The position numbers and the translations under genes are program-made. 64,000 nt of DNA from Candidatus Parcubacteria bacterium (GTDB lineage Bacteria > Patescibacteriota > Minisyncoccia > Phycocordibacterales > CAIJYI01): assembly GCA_026395595.1 (NCBI GenBank), contig JAPLYL010000005.1, positions 76,853 to 140,852 of the forward strand, written 5' to 3'. Under the pieces are notes generated by a model. It searched no databases, was not told the origin of the DNA, and saw nothing but the letters and a program-made list of their open reading frames with translations. Of this stretch, positions 57,130 through 64,000 are shown in pieces (position 1 is the stretch's first letter; each line of letters starts with the position of its first letter).

Positions 57130-57376
57130 ACAAAATAAATTATTTGAATAATTGATATTTTAACTTCTTATTAATTTTAACGTAACAAATCGTTATCGAA
57201 TTTTGTTTCGCATCTTTTTGGCCCCTTGCCCTTCCTGTTAAACTTTACGTTTTAATATAACATCTTATTATCATATATGTCAAACAATTGCAAGCGTTTT
57301 TTAAGAGGATGTCCTGAAATGATAAAATATGACTAAAAATAAAGATATTTTATCATTCAAAAATAATTTTCTTTCT

Positions 57377-60112
57377 CTACACCACCACACTCACGAGCTT
57401 GTCTTTAACATAAATTACCTTTTTCGGCTGGTTTTCCCCTACCCACTTTCTTACTTCGGGTTGCGTCAATGCCGTCATTTTTACTTCTTCTTCCCCTATC
57501 TCTCTTCCAATTTCAAATGTGGCTCTCACCTTCCCGTTAACCTGTACGGCAATAGCCATGCGGTCGCTCACTATCTTTGACGGGTCAAAGATAGGCCATG
57601 TCTCATGATAAATGAAAGTATCATTTCCAAGGTCATGCCACAACTCTTCCGTCATGTGAGGAGCGAACGGTGTCAGAAGTTTCAAAAAACCTTCATACAT
57701 TTCTTTGGTTACCGATTCAACTTTCTCCAGTTCATTCAAGAATATCATCATACCGGAAACCGCCGTGTTGAATTTGAAGTCTTCTATATTCTCGGAAACT
57801 CTCTTTATGGTTTGGTGATAAGCTGTTTCTAGGGATGCAGTCACGAGTGCGTCGCTTTTCACCTTAGGAGCCAATTTCCAAACTTTTTCTAAAAATCTGC
57901 GCGGACCAATCATACTCTCAGTATTCCATGCAGTAGATTGTTCAAATGGACCCATGAACATCTCATACACACGTAGTGTGTCTGCTCCATATATTTCCAC
58001 AACCGTATCAGGATTGATAACATTCCCGAGACGTTTACTCATTTTTATTCCCCCTTCACCAAGCACTAATCCAACATTCTTGAGTTGAATAAAAGGTTCT
58101 TCATAATTCACCACACCAATATCAAACAAGAACTTGTGCCAGAAACGCGCGTATATCAAATGTCGTGTTGCGTGTTCCACACCACCAACGTACATATCAA
58201 CCGGTGACCAATACTTTTCTTTTTCTTTAGATACCAAAGCATCTTGATTTCTTGGATCAATAAATCGTAAATAATACCATGAAGAACCAGCCCATTGAGG
58301 CATGGTATTTGTTTCGCGTTTTGCGTCGCTTCGGCATACCGGGCATTTCACATTCACCCAATCATGGATATTCGCAAGAGGAGATTCCCCAGTACCGGAC
58401 GGCTCATAAAATTCAACATCAGGAAGGATAACAGGTAAATCTTTTTCAGGAACAGGAACGACTCCGCATCGTTCACAATGAATGACGGGAATCGGCTCTC
58501 CCCAATAACGCTGACGGGAAAATACCCATTCGCGAAGCCTATAAGTGGTTTTCAATTTTCCTCCGGCAAATTCGGTAATAGCCTTTTTTGCATCTTCACT
58601 TTTTATTCCGTCAAATTTTCCCGAATTCACCAAGATACCGTATCCTATAAAAATCTTTGAATCATCAACATCGAGCTCTTCTTCAGGAACTCCTTTTTTC
58701 CGTCCGTAATCTTTATATGAAGCAATTCCTTCATCGGTTGACACATCAAATTCAATCTCTGAAAAAACAACTTTTCGAGAATCATCACTATTAGCATACC
58801 AAGAACCTCCATCATCAGAAGTTTTGAGTAAATTTTTCTTGAGCCAATCAATAAATTCATCCTCTTTTTCTGAAATGCTCACCGTAAAAAACTTTCCCCA
58901 ATCTTTGTCTATTTCCTTTACTTCAACATCCCCAAAAGTAATGAGATTTTGAACACATTCAGCAGGCAAACTTTTCTCTACGATTAACCATTTAGAGGAA
59001 AGCGGTTGAATCACTTTTTTTATATTCAATCCAAACTTCTTGGCGAATTCATAATCGCGCGTGTCATGCGCAGGCACCGCCATAATGGCACCGGTTCCAT
59101 AATGAGCCAACACATAATCCGCGATAAACACAGGAAGCTCTTCTCCATTCGCCGGATTTTTTGCTGTAATTCCCAAAAGTCTCACCCCCGTCTTTTCTTT
59201 CCCCTCCGCCGTTCGTTCAATTTCCGTTTTCTTCTTCATCTCCTCGCGATATGCTTCCACTTCACTCCAGTTTTCAATAGAATCTTTCCATTCATCCAAA
59301 AGTTTATGCTCGGGGGACATCACGCAATACGTCGCACCAAACAACGTATCCGGACGTGTGGTAAAAACTTCAAGTTCGTCATCGTCTTTTTTCTTTTTAC
59401 TTTTTACTTTAAACTTGATCAGTGCTCCTTCTGATTTCCCAATCCAATTCCTCTGCGCTTCTTTAATAGACTCCGGCCAATTCAAAGTATCCAACCCTGA
59501 AAGCAAACGATCTGCATAATCAGTAATGCGGAGCACCCATTGCCTCATTGGTTTTTTCTCCACCGTCGTTCCACATCGTTCGCATGCATTTCCTTCCAAG
59601 TCTTCATTTGCCAATCCTGTTTTACAAGAAGGACACCAATTAATTGGCTCATAAGATTCATAAGCGAGTCCTTTCTCCAGCATTTTCAAAAATGCCCATT
59701 GCGTCCATTTATAATATTTTTTGTCTGTCGTATTTATTTCTCTTTCCCAATCATAAGAAAAACCAAGCGATTTCATCTGCTCGCGAAAGCGGTCAGTATT
59801 TTTCTTAACAGCGGCACTCGGATGAATTTTGTTTTTAATAGCATATTGTTCCGCAGGCAAACCAAAAGCATCCCATCCTGTCGGATGCAGTACATTCAGT
59901 CCTTGCATACGTTTCATTCGTGAATACACATCACTAGCCGTATAAATACGAGTATGCCCCGTATGCAACCCTTCGCCTGACGGGTAGGGGAACATATCCA
60001 AAACATAACATTTCGGTTTGTCGGATACATCAGCAGTTTTAAAAACCTCCGCTTTCTCCCACTCTCTCCGCCATTTACTTTCTATTTTTTTATGGTCGTA
60101 GCTCTTTGTCAT
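57377..60112 (-). CDS. leuS: leucine--tRNA ligase
   Basis: HIGH (HTGHTRIY) and KMSKS (KMSKRLGN) motifs. CP1 editing insertion. Typical LeuS N-terminal and C-terminal blocks. Confidence 0.95.
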   Translation of the reverse strand: MTKSYDHKKIESKWRREWEKAEVFKTADVSDKPKCYVLDMFPYPSGEGLHTGHTRIYTASDVYSRMKRMQGLNVLHPTGWDAFGLPAEQYAIKNKIHPSAAVKKNTDRFREQMKSLGFSYDWEREINTTDKKYYKWTQWAFLKMLEKGLAYESYEPINWCPSCKTGLANEDLEGNACERCGTTVEKKPMRQWVLRITDYADRLLSGLDTLNWPESIKEAQRNWIGKSEGALIKFKVKSKKKKDDDELEVFTTRPDTLFGATYCVMSPEHKLLDEWKDSIENWSEVEAYREEMKKKTEIERTAEGKEKTGVRLLGITAKNPANGEELPVFIADYVLAHYGTGAIMAVPAHDTRDYEFAKKFGLNIKKVIQPLSSKWLIVEKSLPAECVQNLITFGDVEVKEIDKDWGKFFTVSISEKEDEFIDWLKKNLLKTSDDGGSWYANSDDSRKVVFSEIEFDVSTDEGIASYKDYGRKKGVPEEELDVDDSKIFIGYGILVNSGKFDGIKSEDAKKAITEFAGGKLKTTYRLREWVFSRQRYWGEPIPVIHCERCGVVPVPEKDLPVILPDVEFYEPSGTGESPLANIHDWVNVKCPVCRSDAKRETNTMPQWAGSSWYYLRFIDPRNQDALVSKEKEKYWSPVDMYVGGVEHATRHLIYARFWHKFLFDIGVVNYEEPFIQLKNVGLVLGEGGIKMSKRLGNVINPDTVVEIYGADTLRVYEMFMGPFEQSTAWNTESMIGPRRFLEKVWKLAPKVKSDALVTASLETAYHQTIKRVSENIEDFKFNTAVSGMMIFLNELEKVESVTKEMYEGFLKLLTPFAPHMTEELWHDLGNDTFIYHETWPIFDPSKIVSDRMAIAVQVNGKVRATFEIGREIGEEEVKMTALTQPEVRKWVGENQPKKVIYVKDKLVSVVV

Positions 60113-60149
60113 ATCCTTGCAGTATAACCTTTTCGTGTCCTAATTTCAA

Positions 60150-60515
60150 TCACATAAAAAATGTACCAAAATAAGGCAAAAATATAACTGCACCGATAAT
60201 AACGGCAAAAATAGCGGTCATTAAAACCATTCCAGCAGAAACATCTTTTGCACGTTTCGCAGCAATATGATAATCGAGAGTCAGGAGATCGGTCATGCAC
60301 TCAATAGAGGTATTGACCATCTCCGCAACAAAGACCATGGCTATCGTAAAAATCAAAACAATCCATTCACCGGAACCGATGGAAAAATATCGTCCGGCAC
60401 AAACAACTAATAACGTAAAAAATGCATGTACCTGAAAATTCGGCTGAGACAAAAAAGAATAAACGATTCCGTCCCATGCATGTTTGAATGAGATCATGTG
60501 TATTCGTCTTTTCAT
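60150..60515 (-). CDS. dgkA: diacylglycerol kinase / undecaprenol kinase (DgkA family)
   Basis: Three TM helices. AEMVNTSIE motif. C-terminal amphipathic helix with Asp/Lys. Confidence 0.75.
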   Translation of the reverse strand: MKRRIHMISFKHAWDGIVYSFLSQPNFQVHAFFTLLVVCAGRYFSIGSGEWIVLIFTIAMVFVAEMVNTSIECMTDLLTLDYHIAAKRAKDVSAGMVLMTAIFAVIIGAVIFLPYFGTFFM

Positions 60516-60523
60516 AATTAGTT

Positions 60524-60874
60524 TTAGGTTATATATTGATCACGTCCGGCGACTAAATGCGCAAAATTGGAAGCCATCATGATTTTATCTCCGTTCGTCT
60601 TATCGTATTCCGTCCCATAAAGCATCTTACATAATTCATTATGCACTTCCCTTCTTTCTCTTCCTGTTGCAAACCCTTCCCCGCTTTTTCCGGTGACATC
60701 GGAGTGCACCGCATTGGAATATCTTTTGCATAAGCCGAAAAGCCGGATATATGCCTCCGTTCCTTTGAGAGGAAGCTTTACTTTTAACCCGGAATCTATC
60801 GCTGCCTCGGTAAAAAGATTAAATTCCAAAATCGGTTCTTTGTTACTTTCTTCTGAAAAAAATCGTTCATTCAT
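60524..60874 (-). CDS. hypothetical protein (116 aa)
   Basis: ORF co-directional with dgkA, 9 nt upstream. No motif recognised. Confidence 0.4.
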   Translation of the reverse strand: MNERFFSEESNKEPILEFNLFTEAAIDSGLKVKLPLKGTEAYIRLFGLCKRYSNAVHSDVTGKSGEGFATGRERREVHNELCKMLYGTEYDKTNGDKIMMASNFAHLVAGRDQYIT

Positions 60875-61022
60875 AAAAAAATAATTTTAATGTCTTTTTA
60901 TTATACCGCTCCGCCGTTAAAAAAACAAAAAATGACTTGACGAAACTCATTTTTTGTAATACAACAATAACAGCGAAAAACGCTATTTGAAATAAATCAA
61001 CAGAAAAAATAGGAGGCAACAA

Positions 61023-63674
61023 ATGGCTAAAAATGTATTTAGCTTTTATGAAGGCGACGGCAAAAATAAAATGCTTCTTGGGGGAAAAGGCGCGAATCTC
61101 TGCGAAATGACGCAGATTGGGCTTAATATCCCCCCGGGGTTTGTAATCTCGACAGAAGCATGCTTGAACTATTTGGAGGATGAAACCGCCAAATTGCCAC
61201 GCTCTCTCAAATCAGAAATCGCCGTCCACATCAAAGAGTTGGAACGGCAAACAGAAAAACAATTTGGCGGGGCTCTCAACCCCCTGCTCGTTTCCGTCCG
61301 TTCCGGCTCGGCAATGTCTATGCCGGGAATGATGGATACCATCTTAAACTTGGGATTAAATGAAACCACTATCGTCGGACTGATTGAACGCACAGGAAAC
61401 CCTCGCTTCGCTTGGGATGCCTATCGTCGTTTCGTACAGCTTTTCGGAAAGGTGGCATTAGGCGTTCCCGATGAAAAATTTGATGACGTCTTCGATGAAA
61501 TCAAAAGAAGAGTCGGCGCCGAAAAAGATGTTGACCTTACCGCTGAAAATTTAACAGAGGCGACGTATCGTTTCTTGGAAGTGGTAAAGTCACATACCGG
61601 CAAGCCTTTTCCTCACGATCCGCGCGAACAATTGGAAATTGCCATACTCGCCGTATTTCGTTCTTGGAACGGCAAACGTGCGCATGATTATCGTCGTCAA
61701 TTTAAGATTACCAAAGATATGGCGAACGGCACGGCCGTCAACGTGGTAACAATGGTTTTCGGAAACATGGGCGATGACTCAGCGACCGGAGTCGGCTTTA
61801 CTCGTGACCCGGGCACAGGCATTAATGAAATGTATGGTGAATATCTCGTCAACGCGCAAGGCGAAGACGTTGTCGCCGGCACTCGCACGCCAAAGCCTGT
61901 TAAGGAAATGGCAACTGAAATGCCCGACATCTATCGCCAATTAGCAGAGCTTCGCAACAAATTGGAAGCGCATTACCACGAAGTGCAAGATTATGAGTAC
62001 ACCATAGAAAAAGGCGTTCTGTATTGTCTGCAAACTCGCAACGGTAAAATGAATACGGTCGCCCAAGTTCGCACTTCGGTTGAAATGGCAAAAGAAGGTT
62101 TGATTACCAAAAAACAAGCGGTCCTTCGTATTAAGCCTGATGACCTCACCCAGCTCTTAAGCCCTCAATTGGACAAAAGATATGGTGGAGATCCAATAGC
62201 CATAGGACTTTCCGCTTCGCCGGGCGCATCATCAGGACAAATTGTCTTTGACGCTGATGAAGCCGAAAAATGGCGCGATATGGGTCGCAAAGTCATTTTG
62301 GTTCGTGAAGAAACAAAACCGGAAGACATCCATGGATTCTTTGCCTCAGTGGGAATTCTCACTTCCCGAGGAGGCAAGACTTCTCACGCGGCCGTTGTCG
62401 CGAGAGGAATGGGCAAACCATGCGTCGCAGGAGCAGAAGGCATCAAAGTTGACGTCCGAGGAAAAACGGCTGATGTCGGTGAATACAAACTGTATGAAGG
62501 AGATGTTATTACCATTGACGGAGGAACAGGAAAAGTATATCTGGGAGAAATTCCCGTCGTACCTCCTGAATTTTCCGAAGACTTGAAAACTCTGCTTTCG
62601 TGGGCCGACCGATTTGCCACACTCAAAGTGCGTGCGAATGCGGACACTCCGGACGGCGCAAAAAAAGCGCGAGAATATGGAGCGACCGGTATCGGATTGG
62701 TACGGACCGAACGGATGTTTAACGACACCGACCGACTCCCTATCATGGTAGATATGATCGTTTCTGATTCTCCGAAAGAAAGGGCGGAATCGCTCAAAAA
62801 ATTGGCGGATATGCAAAGAAAAGATTTCAAACAAATTTTCCTTGCGATGGCGCCGCTTCCCGTTACTGTTCGTTTGCTTGACCCTCCGCTTCACGAATTC
62901 TTACCAACAGAACTTGAACTTCTCGACAAAATTCAAGAAGCAAAACACGGCGCATCTCTTTCGTTCGCAAGAAACAAGAAACTGCTTGCTGCGGTACGAG
63001 CGCTGAGGGAAACCAACCCGATGCTTGGGCATCGTGGCGTACGTCTCGGTCTGACCAATCCTGAAATCTACAACATGCAGCTGCGGGCAATACTGGAAGC
63101 CGCCGCTGATTGTGAAGAAGAAGGAACGACCATCGTGCCGGAAATCATGATCCCCCAAGTTATCTCAGCGCAAGAGATCAAGCCAATGCTTGTCTCTGTA
63201 AAAGAGATTGCCGAAGAGATCGAAATGAAACGCGGCATTACCGTAAAATTTGCATTCGGTACTATGATGGAAACCGTACGCGCCTGCTTGAGAGCGGATG
63301 AGCTGGCAAAAACCGCCGAGTTCTTCTCATTCGGAACGAACGACTTATCGCAGGCAACCTTCTCATTTTCACGGGAAGACGCCGAAAACAAATTCCTGCC
63401 GTTCTACAACGAACACGGAATTCTGGTTCACAACCCGTTTGAAATACTGGATGTGAACGGTGTCGGCAAGCTAATGAAGATGGCGATTGAAGACGGACGC
63501 AAAACGCGACCCGAACTCAAGGTTGGCATATGCGGAGAGCACGGGGGAGAACCGAGATCCATCGCGTTCTGTCATTCCATCGGACTCTCATATGTTTCCT
63601 GCTCGCCGCTCCGAATTCCTGTCGCACGGTTAGCTGCCGCTCATGCAGCGCTCAACGATAAAAAAACAAAGTAG
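61023..63674 (+). CDS. ppdK: pyruvate, phosphate dikinase
   Basis: N-terminal ATP-grasp (GGKGANLCEM), central phosphohistidine domain (GGKTSHAAVVARGMGKPCV), C-terminal PEP-utilisers TIM barrel. 883 aa. Confidence 0.95.
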   Translation: MAKNVFSFYEGDGKNKMLLGGKGANLCEMTQIGLNIPPGFVISTEACLNYLEDETAKLPRSLKSEIAVHIKELERQTEKQFGGALNPLLVSVRSGSAMSMPGMMDTILNLGLNETTIVGLIERTGNPRFAWDAYRRFVQLFGKVALGVPDEKFDDVFDEIKRRVGAEKDVDLTAENLTEATYRFLEVVKSHTGKPFPHDPREQLEIAILAVFRSWNGKRAHDYRRQFKITKDMANGTAVNVVTMVFGNMGDDSATGVGFTRDPGTGINEMYGEYLVNAQGEDVVAGTRTPKPVKEMATEMPDIYRQLAELRNKLEAHYHEVQDYEYTIEKGVLYCLQTRNGKMNTVAQVRTSVEMAKEGLITKKQAVLRIKPDDLTQLLSPQLDKRYGGDPIAIGLSASPGASSGQIVFDADEAEKWRDMGRKVILVREETKPEDIHGFFASVGILTSRGGKTSHAAVVARGMGKPCVAGAEGIKVDVRGKTADVGEYKLYEGDVITIDGGTGKVYLGEIPVVPPEFSEDLKTLLSWADRFATLKVRANADTPDGAKKAREYGATGIGLVRTERMFNDTDRLPIMVDMIVSDSPKERAESLKKLADMQRKDFKQIFLAMAPLPVTVRLLDPPLHEFLPTELELLDKIQEAKHGASLSFARNKKLLAAVRALRETNPMLGHRGVRLGLTNPEIYNMQLRAILEAAADCEEEGTTIVPEIMIPQVISAQEIKPMLVSVKEIAEEIEMKRGITVKFAFGTMMETVRACLRADELAKTAEFFSFGTNDLSQATFSFSREDAENKFLPFYNEHGILVHNPFEILDVNGVGKLMKMAIEDGRKTRPELKVGICGEHGGEPRSIAFCHSIGLSYVSCSPLRIPVARLAAAHAALNDKKTK

Positions 63675-63690
63675 TTCTTTTTTAACACAA

Positions 63691-63720
63691 AACCCGAGGC
63701 ATTGCGCCTCGGGTTTTTTT
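63691..63720. terminator. bidirectional terminator
   Basis: AACCCGAGGC-ATTGC-GCCTCGGGTT plus T7. Confidence 0.7.
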
Positions 63721-63721
63721 A

Positions 63722-64000
63722 TTAAATCCTGAATTCAATGACATCTCCATCCTGCACGATGTATTCCTTTCCTTCCGTCCGCACCCAGCCTTTTTCTTTA
63801 GCTAAAGAATACGCGCCTGATTCCAAAAGTTTATCGCAATGGATTACCTCTGCGCGAATGAATTTTTCTTTGAAGTCGGTGTGAATAGCCATGCCTGCTT
63901 CGGGGGCGGTGGAATTTTTCCTGATCGTCCACGCGCGCGTTTCGTCTTCTCCGGTCGTGAAGTAAGTCATAAGGCCGAGAATATCATAGCTCATGCGTAT
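63722..64000 (-). CDS. ychF: ribosome-binding ATPase YchF, C-terminal TGS domain (partial; gene continues past window end)
   Basis: TGEDETRAWTI...GMAIHTDFKEKFIRAEV...GDVIEF matches the YchF C-terminus. ORF open at the window edge. Confidence 0.75.
   Translation of the reverse strand: MRMSYDILGLMTYFTTGEDETRAWTIRKNSTAPEAGMAIHTDFKEKFIRAEVIHCDKLLESGAYSLAKEKGWVRTEGKEYIVQDGDVIEFRI

Overview
This 64 kb window reads as a gene-dense bacterial chromosome segment (roughly 40% GC, with compact intergenic regions that carry recognisable rho-independent hairpins, e.g. 1800-1832, 5627-5659, 26318-26358). The gene content (giant surface protein, many tiny hypothetical and membrane ORFs, cohesin and dockerin modules, a cell-division cluster lacking several usual members) is compatible with an uncultivated, possibly CPR/Patescibacteria-like organism; this is inference only. 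The housekeeping backbone I can support from motifs is: dnaJ; a PhoH/PIN ATPase; thrS; tRNA-Glu(CUC); the cell-division cluster mraZ-rsmH-ftsL-ftsI-(coiled-coil protein)-murF; FKBP; mnmA; a DnaQ-like exonuclease; a PEP-synthase-like enzyme; murC; mltG; purF; leuS; dgkA; ppdK; and a partial ychF. The main accessory feature is an approximately 15.6 kb surface-display island (10.7-26.3 kb) on the minus strand. It carries a 9.2 kb gene for a 3054-aa secreted giant protein built from CBM-like, MBG/YDG-like (12 x 258-bp tandem repeats), IPT/TIG and Big-like modules, ending in a canonical dockerin. Immediately downstream sits a membrane-anchored cohesin-domain protein, which I interpret as its cell-surface receptor. 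Receiver-only response regulators bracket the pair, and two sensor/histidine-kinase cassettes on the plus strand flank it in turn; one of these kinases is interrupted by a 1-nt indel in an A8 tract. Other notable items: a 42-bp perfect palindrome inserted in-frame in murC; a tRNA-Glu-adjacent islet with an XRE-Panacea(DUF4065) protein plus a RelE/ParE-like toxin and orphan hypotheticals; A-rich heptamer tandem repeats at three loci, one inside mnmA; MraZ-box-like direct repeats upstream of mraZ; and two apparently leaderless sigma70-type promoters.
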